DNA of 64,000 nt, from assembly GCF_004010195.1 (NCBI RefSeq), contig NC_057724.1, positions 44,140,624-44,204,623 of the forward strand, read 5' to 3'. A program made the position numbers and the translations under genes. Under the pieces are notes generated by a model. It worked only from the letters and a program-made list of their open reading frames with translations. It did no database searches and was not told the DNA's origin. Numbering within the stretch: the stretch's first letter is position 1; each line of letters begins with the position of its first letter. This document shows positions 1 to 13,519 of the stretch, piece by piece. The stretch comes from Chiloscyllium plagiosum (Eukaryota).

Positions 1-1762
1 GCCCACGGGTCCTAGTCTCCCCACCTAACGGAAACAACTTCCCAGCGTCCACCCTTTCTAAGTCATGCATTATCTTGTAAGTTTCTACTAGACCTCCCTT
101 CAACCTTCTAAATGCTAATGAATACAATCCCAAGATCCTCAGCCGTTCATCATATGTTAGGTCTACCATTCCAGGGATCATCCATGTGAATCTCTGCTAG
201 ACACGCTCCGGTGCCAGTATGTCCTTCCTAAGGTGCGGGGCCCAAAATCGGACACAGTATTCTAAATGGAGCATAACTAGAGCTTTATGAAGTCTCAGTA
301 GCACATCGCTGCTTTTATATTCCAACCCTCTTGAGATAAATGACAACATTACATTTGCTTCTTAACCATGGGCTCAACCTGCACGTCAACCTTTAGAGAA
401 TCCTAGACTCTTTATACTTTGCCTTTATGAATTTTCTCACCATTTAGAAAATAGTCCATGCCTGTATTCCTTTTTCCAAAGTGCAAGACTTCACATTTGC
501 TCACGTTGAATTTCATCAGCCATTTCCTGGACCACTCTCCTAAACTGTCTAAATCTTTCTGCAGCCTCCCCACTTCCTCAGTGCTACCTGCCTGTCCACC
601 TAACTTTGTATTATCAGTGAACTTTGCCAGAATGCCCCCTGTCCCTTCATCTAGATCATTAAAGATAAAGTGAACAGCTGCGGCCCCAACACTGAACACT
701 GCAGGACACCACTTCTCATAGGCTGTCATTCCGAAAAAAAACCTTTTATCCCAACTCTCTGCCCTCTGTCGTGCAGTCAATCCTTAATCTATGCCAGTAG
801 CTCATCTCAAACACCATGAGCCCTCAACTTACTCACCAGCCTCCTGTGAGGCACCTGATCAAAGGCCTTTTGGAAGTCTAGATAGATAACACTGGGTTTC
901 CCTGATCTAATCTACTTGTTACCACCTTTAAAAAATTCTAACAGGTTTGTCAGGCACAACCTCCCCTTAACAAATCCATGCTGACTTGTTCTAATCCAAC
1001 CCAGCATTTCCAAGAATTTAAAAATCTCATCCTTAACAATGGATTCTAGAATTTTACCTACAACCGAGGTTAGGCTAATTGGCCTATAATTTTCCATCTT
1101 TTGTCTTGATCCTTTCTTGACCAAGAAGTTTACAACAGTGGTCTTCCAATCATCCGGGACTTTCCCTGACTCCAGTGATTTTTGAAAGATCACAACCCAT
1201 GCGTCTGCTATTTCCTCAGCCACCTCTCTCAGAACTCTAGGATGTAGCCCATCAAGGCCAGGGGTTTTATCAATTTTTAGACCTTTTAGCTTTTCTAGTA
1301 CTTTCTCTTTTGTATTGGCCACCATACTCAGCTCTGCCCCTTGACTCTCTTTAATATTTGGGATATTTCTCATGCCTTCCACTGTGAAGACTGACACAAA
1401 GTATTTATTAAGTTCTTCAGCTATTTCCTTATGTCCCATCACTAGTCTTCCTGCATCAATTTGAAGCAGCCCAATTTCTACTTTTGCCTCTCGTTTGTTT
1501 CTTATATATTGAAAGAAACTTTTTACTATCATTTCTAATATTACTGGCTAGCTTACCTCAATATTTGATCCTCTCCTTCCTTATTTCTCTCTTTGGTATC
1601 CTCTGTTTGTTTTTGTATTCTTCCCAATCTTATGATTTCCCAGTGCTCTTGGCCATTTTATAGGCTCTCTCTTTTTCTTTGATATATTTCTTGACTTCCA
1701 TTGTCAACCATGGCTGTCTAATTCCACCCCACCCCCACCTCCGGATAATATTTCTTTTCTGT
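1..1762 (-). mobile_element. CR1-type LINE ORF2 (RT) remnant
   Basis: ORFs 912-1532 (PGLDGLHPRVLRE, NYRPISLTSVVGKILE, QHGF..GRLCLTNLLEFF) and 412-780 (KFTDNTKLGG, FNVSKCEVLHFG); frameshifted. Confidence 0.9.
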
Positions 1763-2524
1763 GGAACTCATCTCAGTCCGTAAGGGTCATCTCTTTGTTC
1801 TGAGGCTGTGCCCTCAGATTCTAGTCTCTCCAACAATTGGAAACATCTTCTCCATGCCCACTGTATACAGGCCTCTCAGTATTCTATTAGTTTCAATCAA
1901 ATCCCACCTCATCCTTCTAAATCAAGAAGCATACACCTTGTTGCACAGGACTATGCTCTGTCAATCTCACAGCTTCCCCCAGTTTATACTGCAAACACTT
2001 ACATGTGCAGGAAGCAAGTAAGCAACATGGCTCAAAATCTTAAAGGGATTGTCCTCACTATAGTTCATGGAGGCATCCATTAGCTTGGGGGAGGGGGGGA
2101 GGGGGGTGAGGAGGCAGTGCAGTAAGTCAAAAACAGCCTTTTCATACTAATCAATGGGATGAGCCAGGTTAAAATGTCCAGTTAGCATATTTTCATTCAG
2201 GGGATCCATGGCTGTGCAATCTGGCCAGTGGGTCTCAGTGAGTTCAAAGAACTATAAGGTGTAGGATCAGAATGAGCATAGAGCACTCTTTTCCATTGGC
2301 AAATTGACAAGGGAATCTGGGAAATCTAAAGTGTGAACCTGCTATCACTTTTAGGGAAGTTCAGCATGTGACCCAGCATGAGTCCCTGACCCAGAGAAAA
2401 AGGCAAAAAGCAAGAACCATTTCGGAAAATTCAAAGTATGGCCTGGCATGTCTCCACTCTGGCCCTCCCAATCAAGTTTTCTCTGACTCCGCACTTCTTT
2501 CAGTTTTTATGCAATATTAATAAT

Positions 2525-4368
2525 GTTTAGAGGAGGTTCATGAAAATGGTCAGGAATGTAAAGCTTAACATATGAGGAATGTTTGATGACTCTGGGTTTA
2601 TACTCAATGGAATTTGGAAAGATGAGGGGGAACTAATTGAAACATACAGAATACTGAATGGCCTTGACAGAGTAGATGTTGGGAAGATGTTTCCATTGGT
2701 AGGAGAGACTAGGACCTGAGGGTACAGCCTTAGAGTCATAGAGATATACAGCACGGAAACAACTCATCCATGCTGACCAGATATCCCAACCTAATCTAGT
2801 CCCATTTGCCAGCACTTGGCACATATCCCTCTAAACCCTTCCTATTCATATACCCATTCAGATGCCTTTCAAATGTTGCAATTGTACCAGCCTCCACCAC
2901 TTCCTTTGACAGCTCATTCCATAGATGCAGCACTGTCTTCATGAGAAAGTTGCCCCTAGGTCTCTTTATATCTTTTCCCTTTCACCCTAAACCTATGCCC
3001 TCTAGTTCTGGACTCCCCCACCTCAGGGAAAAGACTTTGCCTATCCATGCCCCCCATGATTTTATAAACGTCTATAAGGTCACCCCTCAGCCTCCGACAC
3101 TCCAGGGAAAACAGCCCCAGCCTATTCAACATCTCCCCATAGCTCAAATCCTCCAACCCTGGTAACATCTTTGTCAATATTTTCTGAACCCTTTCAAGTT
3201 TCACAGCATCCTTCCGATAGGAAGGAGATCAGAATTTCACGCAATATTCCAAAAGTGGCTTAACCAAAGTCCTGTATAGCCACAACATGACCTCCCAACT
3301 CCTGTACTCAGTACTCTGACCAATAAAAGAAAGCATACCAAATGCTTTCTTCACTATCTCATCTACCTGTGACTCCACTTTCAAGGAGCTATGAACCTGC
3401 ATTTCAGCAACAGTCCTTAGGACCTTACCATTAAGTGTATAAGTCCTGCTAAGATTTGCTTTCCCAAAATGCAGCACCTCACATTTATCTAAATTAAACT
3501 CCATCTGCCACTTCTCAGCCCATTGGCCCATCTGATCAAGATCACATTGTAATTTGAGGTAACCTTCTTCGCTATCTGTTACACCGCCAATTTTGGTGTC
3601 TTCTGCAACCTTACTAACTATACCTCCTATGTTCACTTGTGAATAATTTACATAAATGACAAAAAGTAGTGGACCCAGCACTGATCCTTGTGGCACTCCA
3701 CTGTTCACAGACCTCCAGTCCGAAAAACAATCCTCCACCACCACCCTCTCTCTTCTACCTTTGAGCCAGTTCTGTATCCAAATGGCTAGTTCTCCCTGAT
3801 TTCCATGAGATCTAACCTTGCTCATCAGTCTCCCATGGGGAACCTTGTCGAACGCCTTACTGAAGTCCATATAGATCATGTTGACCACTCTGCCCTCATC
3901 AATCTTCTTTGTCACTTCTTTAAAAAACTCAATCAAGTTCTTGAGACATGGTTTCCCAAACACAATGCCATGTTGACTCTCCCTAATCTGTCCTTGCCTT
4001 TCCAAATATGTGTACATCCTGTCCCTCAGGATTTCCTCCAACAACCTGCCCACCACCTACATCAGGCTCACTGGTCTATAGTTCCCTAGCTTATCCTTAA
4101 AGGGAAGACTTTTAGAACAGAGATAAGGAGAAATCTCTTTAGCCAGAGAGTGAATCTATGGAATTCATTGCCACAGAAGGCTGTGGAAGCCAGGTCATTG
4201 AGTATATTTAAGACTGAGATAGATAGGTTCTTGAGTATCACGGGGACGAAGAGTTATGGGGAGAAAGCAGGAGAATGGGATTAAGAAACTTAACAGCCAT
4301 AATTGAATGGCGGAGCAAACTCGATGGGCTGAATGGCCTAATTTCTGCTCCTATGTCTTATGGTCTTA
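2525..4368 (+). mobile_element. CR1 3' fragment (2525-2730 plus 4099-4368) split by a younger CR1
   Basis: The sequence ...cagccttagag | aaagggaagact... rejoins a continuous CR1 3' region ending in a CTTATGGT-type tail. Confidence 0.8.
2731..4098 (-). mobile_element. 5'-truncated CR1 LINE, nested
   Basis: ORF 3229-4056 has RT motifs YMDFSKAFDKVPH and SGVPQGSVLGPLLF; CTATGACT tail at ~2731-2745. Confidence 0.92.
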
Positions 4369-6082
4369 GGTTTTTCAGCAACTTCTATTATTGTTTATTA
4401 CTAATATTGCACCTATGGTGCTCTGGGCATCACTCCTTCCCCAACAATCATCAACTGATCACCTGATCCTGCATCTTCCATTTCTCTTATAATGTGTGCC
4501 CAAGATGTACCCATCTTGTTACAAGTGCCCATCAAAAGCATTATTGATCCCATCCCAACCCCAGATGACCTAATGGAATCATGAAGACATTTTGTAAAGT
4601 AATTCATCCAAGGGATTTTCATTTGTTTGTCAAAAAAAAGACAGCAAACATTTAATTTTCAGCTTTACTTTATAGACTCTGTCTCTTCGCCCTGAACTCA
4701 GACTTTTAAAAAGCTACAGAGAAAAACAGCATAAGTCACAGGTCTTGAATTTCCCTTACTTTGTGCAATGAAATTTGAGAATGATTAATTTCAGACAATT
4801 GGGATAACTTGTTCTATCCATGGCCTATTGTCCAGTAGAAGCAAAATAAGCCAGGATTTGAGCTGTACGGCTTTTGGACAATGCCCCTGTGGGATAGCTT
4901 CCTTGGCTCTCACCTCCATCTGTTCGGCTTGTTTACTGTATCATGTTGCCTGACTCAGAAAACAAAAGACAACGTGATTTGGGGCTTTAACACAGGCACC
5001 TTATCTTACACCTTTTTGAGGAAGGCTTAATTATGGTGTGTGACGGAAGTGGTGTTCAATTGCACCTGGACCAAGTGCTGTGGACATTAAACTCAAACAC
5101 ACACAGACCCTTGTACACAAATAGGGCAGAGGAATTATACCTAACTATCATCAGCATTGAGATTAAAGCCTGCAATGCCTTTTTAGGTTTGATCCACCTC
5201 CTGTAAGGTTTCTTTAACAAAAAAACACAGGTCACTTCCCTTAGCACTAAGGAATGGAGACCAAAACCGGGGTTTTTTTTTGACCCAGTATGGATAGCAA
5301 TGATCTTGTAATATTTGTCTGTGGACCCAAAGGTCGCTTCAGCTTACTACTAGAGAGCCTGTGAATACAGACTCAAAATCAATCTCAAAGAGAATATTGC
5401 AAAGAGCTAGCTTCATAGGAGCAGAAATTGCAATTCAGATGTTAGCATAAACTGAGGTTAGATTCAAGACTATATCATTTTAGACAAACTATATATAAGT
5501 TCAGAGAGGCGCTGCATCGCTATTGGATCATCATTATGTCTGCATAACTGAGTTATATAGTCTCAGAGCATCCAAGATTCATCCGTCTCTGACCTTAATC
5601 AGCACAGACACACGAAAGTTGACCTTGGCATCTTAATGATGTGGTGCACCTACACACAAAGACTGTAGAGGTTCAAACGGTCAGCTCACTGGCATCTTCT
5701 CAAGGCTAATAAGGGATGGATAACAAATGCTGTCCCAGCCTATGACACCCACACGCCATAAATGAATTTTAAAAGTGTCAGCTCCCCTGGGCCTATTCCA
5801 TGACATCTATTGGAAAATACACGTGTGGAATCAAATGGAGCAAAGGTGAACTGGGCCAAATAACTATCAATAGGTATTGTCCAGATCAACATTTGGGAAA
5901 AACCAGAATGCTAATTACCATGAACCTGTACTCCAACAAGACAGTGTCTTCAGGAAAATGAAACATCAGACAGAAAATTTGAAATAGAATATAAGGTGAT
6001 CAGATAGATTCATGAACTGACTACAGTTGAAATGAGCACAGGATTGACCTTACTTTGCCATTTTGTTCCTTTTCTTGTCCTT

Positions 6083-6978
6083 TATAGAGTCATAGTCATA
6101 GAGATGTACAGCATGGAAACAGACCCTTTGGTCCAACCCATCCATGATAACCAGATATCCCAACCCAATCTAGTCCCACCTGCCAGTACCCAGCCTATAT
6201 CACTCCAAACCCTTCCTATTCATATACCCATCCAAATGCCTCTCAAATGTTGCAATTGTACCAGCCTCCACCACTTCCTCTGGCAGCTCATTCCATTCAC
6301 GTACCACCCTCTGCATGAAAACATTGCCCCTTAGGTCTCTTTTACATCTATCCCCTCTCACCCTAAACCTATGTCCTCTAGCTGTGGACTCCCCGACTCC
6401 AGGGAAAAGACTTTGCCTATTTACCCTATCCATGCCCCTCATAACTTAGTAAACCTCTATAAGGTCACCCCTCAGCCTCGGCCGCTCCAGGGAAAACAGC
6501 CCCAGCCTGTTCAGCCTCTCCCTGTAGCTCAAATCCTCCAACCCTGGCAACATCCTTGTAAATCTTTTCTGAACCCTTTCAAGTTTCACAACATCTTTCC
6601 AATAGGAAGGAGACCAGAATTGCACGCAATATTCCAACAGTGGCCTAACCAATGTCCTGTATAGCCGCAACATGACCTCCCAACTCCTGTACTCAATACT
6701 CTGACCAATAAAGGAAAGCATACCAAACGCCTTCTTCACTATCCTATCTACCTGTGACTCCACTTTCAAGGAGCTATGAACCTGCACTCCAAGGTTTTTT
6801 TGTTCAGCAACACTCTCTAGGACCTTACCATTAAGTGTATAAGTCCTGCTAAGATTTGCTTTCCCAAGATGCAGCACCTCACATTTATCTGAATTAAACT
6901 CCATCTGCCACTTCTCAGCCTATTGGCCCATCTGGTCAAGATCCTGTTGTAATCTGAGGTAACCCTCTTCGCTGTCCA
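6083..6978 (-). mobile_element. 5'-truncated CR1 LINE, relatively young
   Basis: ORFs 6446-6904 and 6200-6442 (RPLLEYCVQFWSP, WNELPEEVVEA); tandem CTATGACT tail. Confidence 0.92.
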
Positions 6979-9937
6979 TGTTTCCTCTGTATTAGTTTTA
7001 TTTTCATTTTAGCTCCACAGAACCAGGTTTAGATCCAGTTTCTCTTCTGGATATTTGAACAGACGTATCACCCACTTCTTCAGACTTCAACCTATTCAAG
7101 GAAGAATGGAATCCATAATAGTCGCAAAATATTCCCAACTCAGACATGCCTAATTGATGCGAATTAAGCACATATAGGACTGCAATTGGCTGAGTGCAAA
7201 ACGTTTTTGCATTTTCCTCTCTTGCATTGCCAGAAAAGGGTGCATTAGTGGGGCAGGAAAGAAAAGATTTGCTTCTTTGGGCTTGAGGGCAAATAATTTT
7301 CTGAACAGCTCAGAGGATAATCAGTGTGGTTGACTGCATGCCTGTAACCAAAGTCGCCAATTACCATCCATTTGTCCAGCCAAGATTTATCTAGGGCAAA
7401 GTGCAAAAGACAAAGATTTCCCCAAAATGCAATTGAAATTCTAACTGAAATAGTTTTATCTTAAAGAAACAAAAAGTTTACAATGAGTTGTCCAAGTTTA
7501 ATGATATTGCACATTGTATATGGGTCTAAAACATATGCAACATTAGCCAATTTAGTAAAGCTGAGACCACACTTAATCTACACAGGAAAGGGAGACATTG
7601 CTAAATTAATGGCTTTTTTTTTAAGTGATCTTGCCTGCTGCTGAAATTGAAATAACACTCAGTAATTTTTTTAGACTCTTATCCTACATCACCTTAGCAT
7701 AGGCAGTGTTCATAATGTACAAACTCTGACTGGTAATTTCAATTGTTGAACAGCCTCAAGAATGTCCCCAAACTTGGAAAATATTTAGTATTACTTAGCT
7801 GCTGCTGAATTGCTTTGCCTAACTTCAGAAAACAATTGACAGTCACTACCCACCTTGTCCCTGCCCCTCTCGATTGTCTCCCCATCCCATACCACCTCTC
7901 AGATATAGGTTTGGGATTCAGAACGGACTGATTGCCCTTGTTTTGAAGTGCAAAGAAATTCAGGCTCCAAATGTTTGACTTTCCAGTCATATTAAAGGTT
8001 TTTCACATACAATCAATTACTCTGAAGCACAAATTCTGCAGGCCTGATGAGAGGCAGTCCCCAATTCCCAGTTTTTATGCAAACAAAAGAAGATGTACAA
8101 TGCCCGATCTATCACAAGGAAGAATTTAGCTCACAAAGTAGGAGAAATTTGCATAGGGATTGTGGTGCACAATTAATCTATGTTCATTCATCATGTTGCA
8201 GGCAGAGGTTATTGCTCTTTGAAACTATTGCTGAATGCAGCCAAAGCTCTTCCCTGGTTGTACGAATCAGTCGGACATACAACATCCTGAGTGACTAGCA
8301 CTATTTAACCCACGATTAGTGGGGTTACATCTCTCCTGATATGAACCCAATGGAAACAAAATGTGACAGACACAAAGCAACCTGTCAATTCACATGACCT
8401 GTGTTACATCATTGCCCAAACTCAAAATTACCTCAGTTGGTTATATTAAAAGAACAAAAAATACAGTAAGCAAATGATGGGGCTCTTGTGATGAACTGGT
8501 AGAGTCCCTTCCCATGAACCAGGAGAGCTGGCTTGAAGTTCCACCAGCTCCAGAGTAACATATTAACATCTCTGACAAAGTTGACTAGAAAATGTCTGCA
8601 ATAAGTAAGTGGTAAGATGGGTTATAAGTTATCAAAAAGGATTAGGCTTGTTTAGCAATAATTACTTTTCCTAAAAACAACTCTATAACCATATTCCCCA
8701 CCTGCCCTCCACCCACTGCACCCCCACCCCTCGCACACATATTTGAGTGGATTGCTATTGCCCAATAAGGTATTCCTTCAGTGAAGGGGAAGACGAATAT
8801 CTGAGCAGAAGGAAAGAGTTAATAAATTATTATCTGCCCTGCCCAATGTTCATCTGTTTTCAAAGAACTTCCTCCCATTTCAATGTGTGTCCTTTCTAAC
8901 CTTGAGCTCAAGCCAATTACAAACCTCCCCTCCAAGTTTACAGCTGGTTTGAATAAGAATATAAGGGGTAAAGAGTGCAAATGAAAACACTCTGATCCCA
9001 GATCAGGATCACAACTTTCACAAAAAGATAAACAATTTGGGTATTACCAATCCTCTTAACCCTCTCAATACTGCAAAACCTTTCCAATTTTCAAAGTAAA
9101 CACCACCATTGTTATCATTAAACATCTGCACAATAATTATGTCATTTTCTTCCAAACTTCTTTCCTCACTTCTCCTGAAAGTATTGATCTTTACTGCCGG
9201 TATCATTTTATAAACGCTGGCAGCTGTCCAACAGTATGCCTGAACCCAGGCAGTATGGGCTGTTTCCTTCTATTTGAGCAGGAATCCGACTAGATTGAAA
9301 GAGGTACTCAATGGAAATTGGGTAGACAGTTAGACTGGTCAATAACTTACCTGCAGAAATCCCACTACCTTCCCAAGTGCTGTACTCTGACCCTGATCTC
9401 CTGAGCAAGTGAAAATCTGTGTAATAGTCAGTGAAGGGAGCCCAGTAAGGTAACACAGTTTTGGTGTCCCTGGGCAGCATAACTAGGGGACAGATGAGAT
9501 CAAAATTGCTTCCTGAGGTCCAGAAAAGATCAGGAAACTTGGGGTCTTCTTTATCCCAGGGCTTTTACTCCTTTCTTGTCTGCAAGTCTCTCCTGAAGCA
9601 TTGAGGGGTGAACCACTGCCTCCTGATATCTTGATCCTGTCCACCAGGTCTCCAGACAGGAAGCACTCTCAAAAGGCCAAAGCTCAGGCCCTGAAAATTA
9701 CTTATGTCTTGAGTCTCACGTTGTGAAGGCCTGGACAGTTTGCCACCTTCTAACATGGCTCCCATTTTGTGTTAAATTAATCTGCAGAACGAAGGTAAAA
9801 GTCCACCTCCTTCCCATTTTGTGACATAAGATTCTCCTACGTTCTTTCCTTTACACACACCTTCACACTCAATATTCTAGAAGCTGGAAGTCACCTGACA
9901 GTATGTTAATAAAGCCTGGGAACTAAAGTTTCTCCAA

Positions 9938-10730
9938 TGGTTTGGAAAAGCAAATCAGAGCAGGATTTATGCACTTAATGGTAAGGTCCTGGGGAGTGGT
10001 GCTAAACAAAGAGACCTTGAAGTGCAGTTTCATAGTTCTTTGAAAGTGGAGTCTTAGGTAGATAGGATAGTGAGGAAGGCGTTTGGTATGCTTTCCTTTA
10101 TTGGATAGAGCGTTGAGTATAGGAAGTTGGGAGGTCATATTGCAGCTGTACAGGACATTAATTAGGCCACTTTTGGAATATTGTGTGTAATTCTGATCTC
10201 GCTCCTTTGGGAAGAATGTTGGGAAACTTGAAAGAGGTCTTGAATGTTGGGAAACTTGAAAAGATTGACAAGGAAGTTGCCAGGGTTGGAAGGTTTGAGC
10301 TATAGGGAGAGGTTGAACAGGCTGGGGCTATTTTTCCTGGAGCACGGAGGCTGAGGGGTGACCTTACAGAGGTTTATAAAATCATGAGGGTCATGAATAG
10401 CATAAATAGACAAAGTCTTTCCCTGGTGGAGGAGTCCAGAACTAGTGGGCATAGGTTTAGAGTGAGAGGGGAAAGCTTCAAAAGGGACCTAAGGGGCAAC
10501 TTTTTCATGCAAGGGTGATGCATCTATGGAATGAACTGTCAGAGGAAGTGGTGGAGGCCAGTATAATGACATTTAAAAGGCATCTGGATGGGTATATGAA
10601 TAGGAAGGGTTTGGAGGGATATGTGTGAAGGGCTGGCAAATGGGACTAGATTATGTTAGGCTATCTGGTCAGCATGGACAAGATGGAGTAAAGGGTCTGT
10701 TTCCGTGCTGTACTTCTCTATGACTCTATG
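9938..10730 (+). mobile_element. 5'-truncated CR1 LINE
   Basis: Reverse-complement homolog of 6083-6870; ends ctctatgactctatga. Confidence 0.9.
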
Positions 10731-11589
10731 ATGGTGTCTCACACTTAGTTCATCCAATGCCACGATTGACCCAGTAGTCAAAGACACAACAAATAAAGTT
10801 AGTTTTAAATAAAGTTCTGATAGCTATGTTTTCTAAATAGCAGATAAGTTATGATGATGTTCATAGTAATCCATTCTCGAAACTCTGGTGGCTGACATAA
10901 ATGGGCCTGCACGCAGGTTAAGATGCCGTCACACTCATTGTTTCACCACTAACTAAAAAGGATCTAGAATCCTTGACATCCATGTTCTAGGCATCTGAAT
11001 GCCATAATGAAACACAAATACAAGCTTGAGCAATTTTATTAGACTCCTGTATAACCTGAAGATTTGGCTGCTCTCAGGTAGTGAAACTGCAGGCTTACAA
11101 GGCAATATACCAAGCTATATACAAGGGCTCCCCCCTGTGTATCTAATAGGATACAAACCAAAGACCTCACACACGCAGTAACTAGGTCGTCTTGAGTTTA
11201 GTCCAGTGCACCTCCCACCTATCCTGCCCTCTGGGTTTCAATCTTGTAAATATTAACAAAAGCCTGTTTATAATCTGAGTTATCGTTTAGAATATTCTCT
11301 CGGGTCAAATGTTTCTTCCAGAAATTGTTTGTGGCTCAGTGAACATTTCTGATGCAGCCAAGAGAGAAAGGAATTTACAGTGCAGTCACACACTCGGAGC
11401 ACAGAATTGTTGCATAAATATAGCTGAGCTCTTTCTGAATGCATTACTTTTTTTTAACTCTCTCATTGAACATTTTCCCATCTGTGTCTGTTAAATATTG
11501 TTACCTCAAACTAACTGAGTGATATATTGCTCATCTCTGACACCTAATATTGATGTCATGAAGCCCATTCAATAATCACTGCAATGAAT

Positions 11590-12060
11590 GTCAGCTTGGC
11601 TCAGTTAGTAATTGAATCACAAGGCATTAGGTTCAAGACCCATGATAAGACTTGAGTATATAATCTAGGCTGACATTCAGCGCACTATTGAGGGAGTACT
11701 GCACTGGTTCTCCCTTTAGATAGTAAATTAAAGTTTTATCTGACTGTTCAGGTGAATGCTAAAGCTCCATGTTGCTACTCATATTAACAGCAGGAGTGCT
11801 GAGAAAGATGGGAAACCATTGCTACACATCTGGTTGGTCCCATTGTAGAGAAAGCATCATATTCAAGAGAACATTCATACCCTAAAAGTTTTCCAGCTAT
11901 TTATTTCAGAAGAACAGAGAATTTTCTCAGAATCCTAATAAAAATTCCACCGTCAGCAAACACAGATAAAAATAGCAAGACAGACATTCAACTAATTGCT
12001 ATTTGTGGTATCTTTCTATGAGTCAAAAACACAACAGCACTCATTGCACTGCACTCACTG
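11590..12060 (+). mobile_element. Ancient DeuSINE-like (SacSINE1/AmnSINE1-type) relic
   Basis: tRNA-like head gtcagcttggctcagttag, then actattgagggagtactgcactg ... attgctatttgtgg resembling the Deu domain as I recall it; highly diverged. Confidence 0.55.
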
Positions 12061-12149
12061 AATGAATCTCAATGGAACAAGCCAGATGTGTATAAACTGA
12101 GACCTTATGTATGCACACTATAAGTCACGTCTAAAGTTGGGTTTTGTAC

Positions 12150-12482
12150 CCCCAATAGAGAAACTATTTCCTCTGGTGCAGGAATCTAAAACAAGGGGGT
12201 ACATTTTTAAAATGAGCATGAGAAAATTGTGCAGTTAAAGCAGGAAGCATTTTTTTTCCATAGAAAAAGCATAGTGGAAATCTGGAATTCTCCCATCCCC
12301 AAAGGCTGTGGATGTTTGGTCGTAGGAAATATTCAAGGTTGAGATGAATAGGTTGTGGTTAGGTATCAAGAGATATAGACCAAAATGAGTAAGTGGAGTT
12401 GAGATGCTGATCAACTATGAACTGACTGAACAGTGTAGAAGGATCTAAATGGCCTACTCTTGTTCATGTTCCTATGTTCCTG
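12150..12482 (+). mobile_element. Old CR1 3' end
   Basis: tggaattctc...aaggctgtgga...aatggcctactcttgttcatgttcctatgttcc tail. Confidence 0.7.
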
Positions 12483-13519
12483 CTGCATTCCAAACTGCAA
12501 TGGTACATTCCTCAGGCACCCACACTCATTCAATTCCTCAGGCAAATATAAAATAGTGTATCAGCAGGACATTCAATCACACGGTTGAATCATAATAAAG
12601 ATGGCTGTTGTTCTTGCTGGCTGTTCACGCACACCAACAGGAATCTGAAGAAAAATGGCTAATCGTTTCCATGTCACAGACCAGGGGTTTGAGACTAATT
12701 ATAGCACCTCATTGGCTTAGATCAGCTGAATCTGCACAAACCAAGATGGAATTAGGACTTTCCACTCTGAGAGGCTCAGTTACTCACAGCGCCATCAGGA
12801 AAGCTCCAGTGCTTCATTTTTTTTTTAAACATTTAGTTTATAAAGCATTTGGCAGTAAATGGATTTAACATCTGGTAAATGAGTTCATTATTCCAATGAC
12901 ATTTTAATGTCTATGGGCCTTGACTAGGCACAACTTCGTATCATATTTTCAAAGCAATTTCAATAGTTTAGATGAAACAGAAACATTAACGGTGGGAAAT
13001 GGTGGGTGTGTCATTAAACTACTCCTAAGGTCTGTTGCCCAACAGTAGAACTGCCGCCATCTGTTATAATCCAGGACAGCCCGTACCTTCTCCTTGGCTC
13101 CCTCCCTCACCACCCAATCTTGCTCAATCCATGTGAAGTACATTAGAAATGTCTTGTCCAGTTTTATTTCCGTTTCCAATTATCCCCTTTGCTCTCTGAC
13201 AGGCATTGTTTCCCTCATTGGCATAGGTGCATACAGGAAGCCCACACCTTCCAGTTCCTTAGTCAAGGACTAACACTCAGTGAATCACTACTTATAGGAC
13301 AGTGGAGGTGTCAAAACTAGGGCTGATATTATTAGTCACATTTGTCCTTACAGCAGGAAAGGTTGAGAAGAGATATACTGGAAGTGTTTACAATCCTTGA
13401 GAGTTTTAAGTAATGGGACCAGCTCCTCACTGGAAATTGTCCTTGCAGCAATTGCAGTGTGAAAGCACCACCTTATGGTAAAGAATAGAACAGCAGCTTG
13501 AGGGACCCAAAAAGAAACA

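Noticed and set aside
412-6904. RT-like ORFs as host or functional genes
   Set aside because: Broken CR1 ORF2 fragments with stops and frameshifts.
10214-10262. Short tandem duplication gaatgttgggaaacttgaaa (similar case at 26205-26243)
   Set aside because: Ordinary slippage-type duplication in or next to repeats.
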